Both the position numbers and the translations under genes were made by a program. Positions 10,960-23,810 of a stretch of 64,000 nt of DNA are shown here, in pieces (the stretch's first letter is position 1; each line of letters begins with the position of its first letter). The notes under the pieces are model-generated. The model saw only the letters and a list, made by a program, of their open reading frames with translations. It was not told the origin of the DNA and did not search any database. This DNA comes from Carcharhinus longimanus (Eukaryota), in contig JASCQW010000119.1 of the NCBI GenBank assembly GCA_030264375.1, forward strand, positions 9,044,965 through 9,108,964, read 5' to 3'.

Positions 10960-13555
10960 ATAAATTTTGAAAAGATGCAAAAAAAAACAGGATTGCTGTG
11001 CTGGGTGATTTTATCTTTCCCCGTATTGACTGGGACTCACTTATTGTTCGGGGCTTGGTTAGGGCAGAATTTGGAGGAAGCGTCCAAGAGGGTTTCTTCA
11101 CGCAGTATGCTACTACCCCAGCTCGGGAAGGAGCCCTGTTAGACCTACTCTTGCAGAATGTGTCTGGCCAGGTTAGCGAAGTTTCAGGAGGACAGCATTT
11201 CGGGAACAGTGATCATAATACTGTACGTTCAAGTTGCTTATGGATACTGTCAACGGCGGTTATCGGGCGACGGTGTTAAATTGAGAGAAAACTAACGACA
11301 ACATCATTAGGCATTATTTGGACCGTGCTGACTTGGGGCCTCTGTGTGAGGGGAAATCAACATGCGACATGTGGGAGTATTTCAAATGTCAGTTGACTGG
11401 AATTCAGGACTGGCATGTACCAGTGAGGTTGTAGGATGCGCATGAGAAGTGTCATGTACCCTGTTTATTGAGGGATAATGCCGGGCTTTGCAAGAGAAAG
11501 AAAAAGAACGTAAGAAGCATTTTTTAAAGTTTTGATTTGCTTAGAATAGATGATGCTGCTTAAGAATATGAACAACGCACGAAGGAACTTAAGAAGAGTC
11601 AGGAGGGCTAAGAGGGGTCATGAAAATTCGTTAGCAAACGGGATTAAGAAAAATCTTGAGGTATTTTATATGGTATGTAAAGAGCGAGAGGATAGTCAAG
11701 GGAATGTTTGGTCCATTCAAAGATAGTGCAGCGGAGCTAGGCATGGAAACAGAGAAAAATATGCGAGATACTAAATGAAAATGTTGCCTCAGTCTTCACC
11801 AAAGAACAATGCGTGATGCCGAGGACCACGAGTAGTATTTGTAGATATTCTGAGTCATGTCTATATCAAACATGGGGAGGTATTTGACGTCTTAAAATGT
11901 ATGAGAGTAAATAAATCCCCATAGCCTGCTTGGCTCTCCTCCAAGGAGGCAACGGAATACATTCCTGTGGACTTGGCAGAATTATTTGTTTTCACATTGG
12001 CTCCAGGTGAAGCTTCAGTTGCTGGAAAATAGACAATGTTCCTTCATGGTTTAAGGTGTGAGAAAGGATGATCCGGGAAATTTCAGGCTGGCGAGCCTTA
12101 CGCTAGTAGTTGTGAAAGTGTTTGAAAAGATTCTTAGGAACGGCATTTACTCACATTTGGAAACATGTTAACTTATTAGTGCTAGACAACATGATTTTGT
12201 GCAACGGATTTCGTACTTTACTAATTTGATCGACTTTTTTGAGGAAGTGACACAATGAAAGCTGAGGGAAAGACATTGGATGATTTACAAATAAGCTTCA
12301 TTAAAACCCTTAGCAATAGGCCTTATGGAAGACAGCCACGAATTGAGAAGTCATACAGTATCCGAGGAGTTTATCCCTTGTGGACACAGGTCTGGCTTGG
12401 CCATAAATGGAGACTGTAGAAGTAGAGAATTGTTCTTTGTGCATGGAAAGTTATGACTAACATTGTTCCGTAGGGATCTGTTCTGGAACATTTGCTGCTC
12501 CTAGTATGCATACATGATTCATGGCAAAATGCAGGTTGTCTGATTAAAAAGCTCGCAGATGACACAAAACTGGTGGAGTCACAGTTAGTGAAGAGGATGG
12601 TCAGAGGATAGTGCACGATATAGACCTGTTAGAGATATGATCCAGGAAACGGCATGATGAGTTTAATCTGGATAAGTGTAACACCAAGCAATTGGGAGTT
12701 CCAATGCATGCAAGAATTATACAGTAAATGGTGGAACCCTTTGGAGTATTGCTAGGCCGAGAGATGGTGATATTTATGTCCACCAATCACTGAAACTTCT
12801 AACACAGGTGGATAATGTAGTGACGAAAGCATACAGATATCTGAAATCCGTGGTCAGGGCATTGCGTATGCAGACTGGCAGGGATGATGCAGTTGTACTT
12901 GTCAGTACAACTTCGTCAGGGGCCTCGCTGAAAGTATTTTGGACGATTCTGGTCGCCACATTAACATACAAAATGTGCATTTATTGGAGAGGCTACGAAG
13001 AGGTTGACCAGGATGATGCCAGATCGGGAGAATGTTAGCTTTGTGGCGAGGTTGGACAGACATTGTATGTTCTTACTGGAAAGATGGAGGATGAAGTTGA
13101 CCTCATAGATGTTGAAAGAATTATGAGAGCCACGGAGAGTGTGGACAATCAGGAAAAAAAAACTTTCCAAGCATAAAAACATATAAAATGCTCAGCGAAA
13201 TACTTTATGTGCATGGGAAAAGTTTAGTGGAGATGTGCTAGACAGTTTATTTTTTTTATAATTTTTGCACAGAGGCTGGAGAATATCTGGAACAAACTGC
13301 TCCGTGAGAAACTTGATAACAACCTTTTAAGGACCACATCGACGAATATTTGAAAAAAAAAGGAATTGGTGTTTGCATACTCAGTAAGTGGTGAGTCGGA
13401 TACTACTCCCCAGGGTGGAAGTGTCAATTACTGGGTGGCATATGTTTAAGGTGATATGAACAAGTTTTAGTTTAGACAGGCTTCATGATCGGCGAAGTTT
13501 TGCAGAACAGAAATGCCGATTCGTGCGCTGTATTTTTCATTGCTTTCTGTTCTTT
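10960..13555 (+). mobile_element. CR1 LINE ORF2 (endonuclease + RT), decayed
   Basis: GDFIFPRIDW...PAREGALLDLLL...HFGNSDHN endonuclease motifs; DPGNFRLASLT, VP*GSVLEHLL, LADDTKL RT motifs; CR1 tail near 13550. Confidence 0.93.
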
Positions 13556-13559
13556 TGAG

Positions 13560-14335
13560 AAACCAGCGAGTATACTGAGATAAATCAATGCAAGACTAGA
13601 GAGCAGTCAACAAAGCAAAGCTGAAGAGTATTAACAGAAAGAGAGATCTCTTTGTACAGGTACTGAGGTACCTGAAAGTGGCAATACAGAAGGGGAAGGT
13701 AGTGAAGGAGGTATGCAATACGCTTGTCATCGTTGGCCGGGGCATTGAGTTTGAAAATTGTTATGTTACAGACTTTTATTTCTTTACTTAGGCCACACTT
13801 GTAATACAGTGTTCAATTCTGTTTGCGATTTTGCCAGAAGGATGTGGAGGCCTTGGGGAAGGTACGAAAAACTCACAATGTTGCATGTTACAGAGGACAT
13901 TAGCTGTATGGAGAGGCTGGAAACTTGGTTTGTTCTCCCTGCAAGCTTATAGATTGAGGATGACACAACACGACAAAAGTCTACAAGATTCTGAGCGGGA
14001 TGGACAGAATGTTTAGTCGGAAGTTTTTATTTTCCCAGGGTGGAAGTTTTAATTACTGGGGCACATATTCTTAAGATGAAAGGGGCAAGTTAAATAGAAA
14101 ATGTACGAGTCGTTTACTTTTTTTTGCACTGACGTAATCTGTGTCTAGAAATCGTTGCTGTGGGAGATAGGGGGAGGAAATAAGATAGTGACTTTTAAGC
14201 CTTGACCAATACATGAACAGGATGGGGACAAAAGGATATAGTTCAAATAAGCAACATGGTCGGTGCAGGCTTCGAGGACCGAAATTTATCTTCCTGTCCT
14301 GTAATTTCCAGTGTTCTTTGTTATTTGTTCTTCGC
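13560..14335 (+). mobile_element. Second CR1 3' fragment
   Basis: ttaggccacacttgtaatacagtgttcaattc (RPHLEYCVQF), with tail gcaggcttcgaggaccgaa...ctgtaatttccagtgttctttg. Confidence 0.8.
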
Positions 14336-15039
14336 ACCATCTAATGGCAAATAAAGTAAACACCTTTGTTATTGAATGAACAATATTCACAGAATTGAAT
14401 TGAGCTGACGATTCTTGGTCAATCGGTGCAGCCAAAGAACATCGGGACAAGTCTGAACTTACAGTTGGAAATTATCATCTGGACTCGAAACCTGAGCGCT
14501 TTTCCCTCCTTAGAGGTGCTGCACATCTGCTGAGATTTTCCAGCATGTTATCTGTTGGTTTCAGATTCCAGGGTCCGCAGTATTTTAATTTCATACTAGC
14601 AGTAAACATGGCATCACATACAACAACGGTTGCATAATAATCCAGGCATTTTCCATAAGTATATGGCGCAGACATTGGGAACGCTAGATGGCGAAGCCAC
14701 CACTATTTTACAATAAATAGCCAACTTTTAAATTGTATCAGGTCAAACATTGACGCATTGTTCAGCTGTTCACTGAGTAATCCAATCAATTCAATAAGCA
14801 GGTCCTAAGCTAATTCAAAAATAAAGAAAAAAAATCATGTTCTGTGTCCGAAGAAGAACATACACTGTCAAGTGAGACATGTATTGCGGCTTTTCAGTTA
14901 CCACAGTAAGGTTTTGGAAGATTTCACCGTTGTTGCTCAACCAATGCAAGATTTAAGTCAGGGGTGGGGAATGATGTGAATAGCCACCAGTGACAGAACA
15001 GAATGGTGATAGGAATAAGCACAGAGGTTTTTTTTTTAA

Positions 15040-17150
15040 CACACCATGGTAATAACACCTGCATTTGGGTTGCCAGACGTCACCAAACCATTCCACAGTT
15101 TTTCCAAGAGACAGATGGAATGTCAGCTGCATTAGTGGTGCAATGGCGTCTGGCCAAGCTATGACCAGTGGAATATTGCTCAGAACAGTTAGATTCACTA
15201 AGAAGAGATATGCACCAGTGTGTTAGAGTTTCATTGTGTCCATCACGAGCAGCAAATGTATCAGAACCACTCATGCTGATGGGAAAGTCAATCCTCTATA
15301 GCCTCACACAGTTGCTCAAAGTTCTGAAAGCTGCAGTGTTAAAAGGATCTCAGCTGATAGACGTTCAAATTGGGAAGCAAAATTCTGCCAGAAAAAAGTA
15401 ATCAATAATCAGCAGGGATGTCAGAGAAAATCGTGCAGAAGTATTCATTGTACAAGGAATAATGCATGAATGTGCAGCTGATGCATATTTGAAAAAAAAA
15501 GGTGGAGGCCTCTCAGGGGAATCACTCGCAGGAAATAGGGTAATTAATCTATATTTTCAAGGGGCTACGAAATGCATCAATGGCAAACCTCACATTTCAT
15601 GGGTCGTGGTACATGACAGAGTAACACTGATTGCGGTAGATCAATTCAGCATAGGTAGAAGAGCTTTTAGGTTTGCTTTAGATTGGGTAAAGGGACATGT
15701 ATACAGGCAGCCGATAAAGTTTTGAGCTGGCTAATATTTCCGTGACAAATGGGAGTGTCGGCGTTTATCACCTGTTGTTGTGGTCATATGCAACATGGAA
15801 ATCTAATTAGCATTCGAATGCAAAAAGTGCACAACCCCTGAGTAGCAGCAAGTATAAATGCAGAGGCACAAAAGGAGATTAAGAATCCAGCTCAAAAGGA
15901 AATATCCCATGCCGACAGGATTGCCAAAGACTTGCTCGAACAGGAATTGGACGCAACACAATTAGCAGAGGTTGAGGCAATATAGACTATTGAGTTCACA
16001 GAGATTGATTTATATATTTGAGGGTTAATACAAAAAAAAAATCAGCCCTTAGACCAGGAATAAGGTAATTCGAGGAGGGAATAGGGCAAAGTGGACAAGA
16101 TAGAATTTGGAGAGTATACGGGAAAACAACAGCCCCCAAAACAATATAACAAACCTTGTTATAAGCATATAATGGATTTTCCTATAAGGCCGGAACAAAA
16201 TGTTCAGATTAATTGGGGAATATTGGTGGTGGAAGGGAACTGGATCAGATATAGTCAGATTCTGCAGGTGGTACATTCAGTGTGCACAAGCAGAACCCAG
16301 TTAACACTCTAAGATCCAAATTGGAAACACGGTACGACCCAAAGGACCAAGGGAATATGTGTAAACGAATTTCACGGGACAATTCCCCAAAATAAAAGTA
16401 AAAACTTGTTGTTTAGAGATTATTGGTGAGTTCTGTCGATGGTTAGAAGCGTTTCAACGAAAAGATGCCACAGCCATATCTGTAGCTATGATGTTGGTAA
16501 ATGAGACCAAACCAAACTGTAAATTGGTTCATCAGCTAGACAGAGTGCATGAACTCACAGGGCAGGAAGAGTTTGAACGGAAACCATAAAGATTTTATGT
16601 ATGAGGCAGAAACTTCACGTACCCTGTCAGCTCTGATTTCAGGCGTGGTAGAACGAATGAATGTGCACTTAAAAGAAGCTTAGCCTAAACGATTCTGAAT
16701 GAAAGACGCAATTGGGTGCAGGCTTAGCCTGCAATTCCTGTATGACAGAAAGCTATTTCTTCCAGAGAAACAGGGTTAACACAATTTCAACTGATGACTA
16801 GTAGAGTAATGCAGCGTCCAGAAGATTTAAATGCAGATGGAGGAGGGTTATTGTTACGCTGAAGAGCAATGCTCAAGTGTTTGAGTGACTAAGTGGATCT
16901 TCCCCATTCCCTCAAATATAAAACAGGTCATCAATCAACAGCAGCATAGTGATGTGATAAAGTTGGCTGATGAGATTCCTTCGAAATTAAATACAACAGC
17001 ATTCAAGGATATGTCTAAAATCAGGACCAACAAAAAGGAGTGAGAAGTCAAGTGGGAAGGGCCTTTTGCTACAATAATCAACGGACAGACATGCGCCTTA
17101 ATTGATTAGAAATGTGGTCCGTGATGGAGACACTGGACTCAGTTAAAGCC
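15040..17150 (+). mobile_element. Endogenous retrovirus pol remnant (tether, RNase H, integrase)
   Basis: ITPAFGLPDVTKPFH (15052); PVEYCSEQLDSLRRDMHQCVR (tether); LYFQGA...WVVV (RNase H); PKGPREYV*TNFTG, CRWLEAF, SGVVERMN (16639), TGLTQFQLMT, KWEGPF and WRHWTQLK (integrase). Confidence 0.88.
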
Positions 17151-17814
17151 ACACATAAATGAACAACCCTGGAGGGATAATGTTGTTCCAGTGAAAGAAT
17201 AAGTCGTCACGCAGGTGTCAAAACGGGATAATTCACTTATGGAAATAGATATCGGGTTAGATGAGATTGTAGTACATTTTGGAATTAGTGGATAAGAATG
17301 TAAATAATTTACTTTCTTGATTTCATAAATGTTAATTTTGAAGCTCGAAGGCAACATGTTTTTTTTCACAAGTTATTGTGCTTGATGATTTTATAAAATC
17401 TCAGAATACTACATTGAAGGAAAAACCAGGCAGTTAACTGTAATATGAAGTGTCTCGAGGTACGGGAAGATACAGACCAGATGGCCAAAAAAGGCGGATA
17501 AGTGTCCATTTTAAAGCCCACTAACATCTTCAAATCCTCGTTACTCCCTGTGGTACAAAAGCATATGGTGGCACCACACATCTTTCCTTCACTCCCTCTC
17601 TCAGCATCCCGCATAGTGATTAGAAAATACTGTTTGATGAGAGTCCTTCTAAATTAAACACAGCAGTAGTCAAGGTTATGTTAAACTTAGAACCAACAAA
17701 AATGGTGAGGAATCTGATGGGAAGGGCCTTTTGTTATAATAATCAACGAACATGTGCCTTACTTGATTAGAAATATGGTCCGTGATGGAGACACTGGACT
17801 CACTTAAAGCCAAA

Positions 17815-18305
17815 CCGAAATGTTGGTCCCTCCACGATAATCTAATTCGCTGCTCCACTACACTGAACACTACTTCCGTCACTCATGGGAAATTCCCATG
17901 CAATCGCAGAAGGTGCAATACCTGTCCCTTTACCTCCTTTATGCTCACCGTCAAAGGTTCAAAAAAAAATCATTCGAGGCTACGCAGCGTTTCACTTGTA
18001 CTTATTTCAATTTGATGTATTGAATTCTCTGTTCTCAATGTAATCTCCTCAATGTCAGAGAGACCAAGTGCAGACTTGGTGATGGTTTTGGTGAGCACTT
18101 TCTGTCTGTGCACAATCAGGACCCTGGCCTTCCAATTGTTTGCCATTTTAAGACACAATCCTACTCCCATGCTCACATGTATGTCCTTGGCCCGCTGCAA
18201 TGTTCCAGTGAAGGTCACGACAAACTGAAGGAACGCCACCTAATTTTCTGGATAGACAATTTACAACTTTCTTGTCTCAACATCGAATTCAAAAACTTCA
18301 GATGA
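17815..18305 (+). mobile_element. Penelope-like element, GIY-YIG endonuclease end
   Basis: FPCNRRRCNTC and HFKTQSYSHAHMYVLG...KLKERHLIFWIDNLQLSCLNIEFKNF, typical Penelope/Poseidon C-terminus. Confidence 0.9.
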
Positions 18306-18559
18306 TTTGCTCTACAAAATCTCGCCCCCCCCCCTTTGTTTTCATTCTTTTTTTTGTGCTCTCCCCTATCTTTGATTTCTTTATTGTCTTTCTTCATTTT
18401 TCTTCCCCCCACTCTTCCCCCCACTCTTTCCCCCTACTCCACCCCCTTCCCTTGCTGTTNNNNNNNNNNNNNNNNNNNNNNNNNNNNNNNNNNNNNNNNN
18501 NNNNNNNNNNNNNNNNNNNNNNNNNNNNNNNNNNNNNNNNNNNNNNNNNNNNNNNNNNN

Positions 18560-18634
18560 TTGAATGGCGGGGCAGGCTTGAAGGGCTAGATGGCCTACTC
18601 CTGCTCCTATTTCTTATGTTCTTATGTTCTTATG
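18560..18634 (+). mobile_element. CR1 3' tail (rest in gap)
   Basis: gaatggcggggcaggcttgaagggctagatggcctactcctgctcctat(ttcttatg)3. Confidence 0.85.
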
Positions 18635-18869
18635 TAGAAGGAAAAGTGGACTCTGCCTCAGTGTGCAGTATCCCAGAATCCAAATAAATAATTGCTTGCA
18701 TGGAGAAAATGAAACGTTCACATTCTGAATGATGGAATTCCATCAGATGCTTTGCTTGGCACTTGAAGTCCACTCCTGTAATGGAATTTAACTCTGCAAT
18801 TTTGGCAAAGAAATGATAAAGAATTCTGCAACAATATCAGAAGAATATTTGAAGGTTCATACACGTTCA

Positions 18870-19230
18870 TTATTGAAATACTTTATCCATGCAAACCTGC
18901 ATTAGACATGTGGTGCCTTCCATTTTATCTTCCAAAACGTTCACTTCATTAATCATCATAGAAACAATACAGCTATTATTTGAAAATGAGGCAGAAATCA
19001 GTTGTGAAATGCTATTCCGCTTCAAATTCAGAATGTCCTTGTCATCGCGACAATATTCATACGTCGATGCTGTGATGACTGTCTCATTTTTGAAACAAAA
19101 CTCAATAACAGTTTCCTTTTATACTTTTGTTTCAGTAAGATAATGCATCTCTGCACATTGATCGAGACTTGCAGTATAACTGCAGCCAATATGTTTTCAC
19201 ATAAATTGAATGGAGAATATCCAACCAAGG
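18870..19230 (-). pseudogene. Decayed B7-family IgV exon (VTCN1/B7-H4-like pattern)
   Basis: Open stretch ETVIEFCFKNETVITASTYEYCRDDKDILN...SMMINEVNVLEDKMEGTTC, compared with B7-H4 IVIQWLK...VHEFKEGKDELSEQ...SLRLKNVQLTDAGTYKC. Confidence 0.5.
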
Positions 19231-19289
19231 AAAATAATTGTTCATTTCAAATTCGTCTCCCGACCCCTTTACTGTGCTTCCTTCAATGT

Positions 19290-19600
19290 AGCAGGTACTG
19301 AAGAAAGGCTGGCACCATAGTAGATAGTAATATTCTAATAAATATGTTTGCCTGCACCAATATCACTGGCCAACTAAGTATTATGCAAACAGCAAATGAA
19401 TGGAAAGCGGATTTTTTTTTTCAAATAATGCTCCGGCAAAATTCAAGAATTCAATCTGAGTGCTTTTTTCTTTCGTCGCAAGTGGTGAGGGTTTTTGGGT
19501 TGCGTCATCAAACGTTCCGTCAAAGACCCATTCTATACTCGAAAAGGAAATTAGCTTTGTAATAGCGAAAAGGAGATGGGATCCCTGTCTCTGTAATTTA
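19290..19600 (-). pseudogene. Decayed IgSF V exon
   Basis: SSIEWVF (C strand), QIEF...PLSIHL (D/E), SDIG and YWCR (F) across stops and a frameshift. Confidence 0.4.
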
Positions 19601-20049
19601 ACGTCGTCTATTGGCAAAGTTTTTATACTCGTTTCTAACAATGACTTCATTAACAAGCCAACAACAAAAAAAAATCTCCGAAATCTCAGCATGTCTGACA
19701 ACAGTTGTGGGGAGGGAATATTGAACAGAGATGATCCTTTGTCGGAAAAGAGAACAAAGAGTTTCAGCAGAGATTTTTTTTTCGTATGAGGTGGAGTAAG
19801 ACAAAGGGGATCAAAATAAATGGATGTAAAGCTGGAGAAGTTGCTAAAGATCTGCATTATATGATCGGAATGTTAGAATTGATAAATTGCGAAGGACTTT
19901 CTGAAGAATAGGACAGTTGCATTGAAGGGAGGAGGCGGGCAAAATGGAACGCAGGAATGGAAAAGTGGGGCAACTAAGTGAAAAAAAAAACACATGAAAT
20001 TAATCAATAGCATAAAACTTTTTTTTTATTTAGAGTTCATTCTCTGAAG

Positions 20050-20335
20050 TTTCTGAGCTCAGTCTTCGTTCGAGAAGGCTGCAAATTGCCCATTGGAAGA
20101 TGAGGTGTTATTCAGTTTTTCTTTGCGTTTCTCTTGAACAATGCAAAAGGCCAAGGATAGATATGTGAGCAGGACAATTTGGTGATGTGTTGACTTAGCA
20201 AGCGACAAGAAGATCTGGATAGTGCTTTCGGAAAGAACAAGAGTGTTTGACTCGCTGTACGTTTGGTCACACTGATGTAGAGTAAACTGTATCGGGAGCA
20301 GCAAATGACACAATTAATGTCTATAATGCATAAAA
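20050..20335 (+). pseudogene. Decayed IgSF V exon
   Basis: SVFVREG (A'), DLDSAF/ERTRVFD (D), VTLM*SKL (E), NDTINVY (F), in shifting frames. Confidence 0.4.
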
Positions 20336-21089
20336 CGAAAAAGAAAACACACAAGATGTGTACATAGATAGCAAAGTATTTTACTTCCTTATGTCCTATG
20401 GCAAACAAAAATTAAAACGAAGTTTTAACATTTTGAAGTTTTCTTTTTCATTAGAAACATTTAAGTGACCATGGTTTCCTTAACTGCAATACATAGAGGA
20501 GTTCAGCGACTAGACCATCTTTGACTCAATTCTGACTATCATTCCAGAATAAGAGAAAGACAAAATGAAAGGGGACAATATCCGGACATTACAGTCAACT
20601 GCCATCTAATATTAGTGAAGTTCTCCTGAGGGATCTGAATTGTTTCTCCTGTCTGGTTAACAAAAAACATAGTTTTAGTGAGGTCTCAGGTTTCTTTGTT
20701 AAATAGAGTTGTTGAAATTTACTCTCACTATTATTAAATCATATGAAATGCTTTAGTTTAGAAACTTTGAGGAGAGTGTGTATCAATTCAATAGAGTTTT
20801 TTTTTACTTCATTGTAACACTTGGGAGTACGTTGCAATGCAGCTGAAAAAAAAAGAAACGAAGAGTTCTGTACTCCGTCATATAGCAATGTTGCACTATG
20901 CAGAACTATTTCCCTCAAATTTCGTATTTAATAAAACAATTGTGTAATACTGGACGTGCGTTGTTTATTTTTTTTTCCCTGGGGCGTTAAAAAGGAGGAA
21001 GTAGCGTCCTTTCTAAATTAATGTGCTTGGTTTTCCTTTTGTTATTGCAAAAGTTTCACATATTGTTTAAAAAATAAACTGCTATTACT

Positions 21090-21370
21090 CAGTTGTTTCT
21101 TGCAAACGGATTAGCTAAATATTTTTTCTCCAGCCTCAGTATTCTAGATAATTTAACTTTCCGAAATATTGAGCATATGTTTTCCATGAATTGTAATGTG
21201 CATCGAGCAAGGGATTTGTGTTTTCCTTCGCAAAACTCGTCCTTCAGGTTCCCAAAGTATTTTATCAGCACTCCGCTGTTATGCGGAATGAGCAAAGGTA
21301 TTTTCAGCAAATAGACCGAGGTTCTTAACAATGACATCGACATTACGGGCAGGCACCAGTTACAACAAAT
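21090..21370 (-). pseudogene. Decayed IgSF V exon
   Basis: Acceptor actttcag| followed by FVVTG; EGRVL (D); LNISE-VKLS (E). Confidence 0.4.
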
Positions 21371-22661
21371 CTGAAAGTTCCAAGTCAAGATTTGGCTCCC
21401 TCAATAATTTACTAAATTGAAGAATTGAGATCATCCCAATTGCCCCTGACCTCTCGATCTTGCCACTGGTGATCTTAACATTTTTTTTTCCGGCATTTTG
21501 TCAGCACATTTTGACGAAACTTCGTCCAAAAATGTAAAAGTACGTGAAATTTTCGATTTCGACGTGTGCAACCTCTATCTGCAAAATAACTGAAAGTGCA
21601 CAGGACGCAGATCATCTTCACAACAATGTCAAACAGACGAGACAATGGAACTACGCCATCTACTAGTAGACCAAGAACACGAAACGACGCGAAAGTGTTC
21701 GACCTGAGAATTGCCAGACTGTGAGAAAGCGCAGTTATTTTCGCTTTGCGTATCGTGAAACCGCATAATATCAGTTTGGTATCAATGGGTATTCACTCCT
21801 GAACTATTAAAGTACTCTGCAGTGAAACCAGATTTATGCATTTCTGAGTAAATAAGAAGAAACGACAGTTCCACGTTAACTGGTGATAATTGAGAATTTC
21901 GGCATCATGCGTGCTTTCTTATTCCAAATAAAGGATTACAACATTTTATCTTAGGTGACATATCTACCCGGCATTGACAGTGAGTGTTGAATCTAGTAGA
22001 TGTGTCGGTTGTTATTTACATCAAAGTCAATATCATTACACTACTAATCTAACCACGGAAATATTCGCAGATGGAGCGCTCTTCTTTGGGAGAACTGATG
22101 CAACATATGCACAAATCACATAACGTGCAGTCCCTTATTCCATTTAACTCAATCCAACGCAAAATCATGGGACGATTAGTGCAGAAGCAATCTATTATTG
22201 TTTTCGCTCCAATGATGATATTCATGGAAAAATACTCATCAGAAGACAGAACGAATGAATGATACAGCACCTCGCCCAGCAATATATGCCCGAAGAAGTT
22301 CAATTGGATCATGCTGATTGCAAGTTTGTACGTTTGATTGTCAAAGATTATCCAACGGAGACAGTTGAGATTCAAGACTGATATTAAGATGTCTTATTTC
22401 AGGTTAACCAGGAAACAACTATGTGATAGCAAAGCTAAATAAACGAGAAGGGGGACACGTTACATATGACACTAGAGACAAGTTTACTGATCTCGGAGAA
22501 CAATTGAGTGGGGGACACTGAGTGAATTCAGATCTTTGTGTGTTTTAATGACAGCCTTCCACATATAATCAGAGGGGCTGGATACTTACCTCGTAACCTC
22601 AGTGTTCAGGTAAGTCCTTGCTTCTCCTTTTATGCTGAGGCGACTATTACTTGCAAGTTAG

Positions 22662-22902
22662 TCATATGTTCTTATGCAAATAACGATCAGAGGAAGCAGA
22701 GCCTTACTCGGTTTTGAGTGCAATCAGCGACACAATTTGTCCAATGCAACTGACTGGAGAGGTAATCGTCAGTTGCAAATTATTAACCCACATTTAGATC
22801 GAAATACTTTGACTGTGATAACAACTAATTTATTGTTTGGTACCATTCATATTACAGTGCAATTAAAATATGACAGCATATTTGCCAGCACTGTATCTAA
22901 GG
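22662..22902 (+). pseudogene. Decayed CD2/CEACAM/HEPACAM-like N-domain exon
   Basis: IRGSRALL...DWR...LLFGTIHITVQLKYDSIF, ending at a phase-1 donor G|GTGAGA (22903). An upstream donor CAG|GTAAGT (22610) closes a leader-like stretch. Confidence 0.4.
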
Positions 22903-23465
22903 GTGAGATGGAGAGAGACAGATGTAGAAACTTGAACGAGAAACAAAGATGAAATGCTATGTTGCAGTAGCAGCGTTGGCAATTAAATCCATCCATTGTA
23001 TTAGTTCAAAATAAAAAAAAAATGGATTTGCCGACTGAATGTTTAATTTTTGTTTCGAATACACATCAATTGACATTAAAAATTGTACTTTATCCAATTA
23101 TTACGATATGAATTTCAATACAATGGTCTCATGCGCCACATGACACGGATTTATTTTCTTTATCGTGGTCAATCTTCTCTTATATTGTAATACAATACAG
23201 AGTGTAGCATTATTCATGTTTAATTTTCAGAATCTGGACAATTACGTACGTCCATTCAATAGTAAAAGAGGGACGAGAATTTTCTAAGTTTTTCAACCAA
23301 GTATTGAGAACACAATGTTCCAGGATTTAAAATTGCAGATCATGACAAGATAATTAAAAACAAAACGTTGGCTAAATTTGAGCTGATTATGCACCACAAC
23401 TAAATTTGAATTTGGTGAACAATAACAAATGACAATTGTTACAACAGTATTGTGCTTTACCACAG

Positions 23466-23810
23466 GCTGTTTTAGTGTCATAACGTACATCTGTCCAAGG
23501 TATTGAAATATCAAGAAGCGCAAAGAAACGGCTTAACCGCCTTTGCAACTTGGTCGGCTGCTAATTTACCTGGAATGTCAACAGCAACCAAAAATGGATA
23601 ATAAATAACAAAGAACTGACCAGTTATAGGTTCATGCATTATCTGCCACTCGTGTTCACGGTTCAATCCCTGCAAACTCTGGTTTTCGTCTAAAATATAT
23701 TTCAAATAAGTCTGCAGTGGCACAATTAGCAGACATCATAAATGTGACAACGTTCAGCTCCATTGCACAATTCTTCTGAGCACAGTAATTCTATTGTGCT
23801 TTGTTCGCTG
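23466..23810 (+). pseudogene. Decayed TCR-V-like exon
   Basis: Phase-1 acceptor ttaccacag|gc gives GCFSVITYICPRY*NIKKRKETA; LCNL; ends SEHS/FYCAL at 23789-23803. No RSS follows. Confidence 0.4.

Noticed and set aside
22582-22591. Match to the U1 snRNA 5' end (ATACTTACCT)
   Set aside because: Similarity stops after 10 nt; it is simply an antisense donor consensus.
23781-23787. CACAGTA as an RSS heptamer
   Set aside because: Lies upstream of the FYC codons and has no nonamer at 12 or 23 nt.
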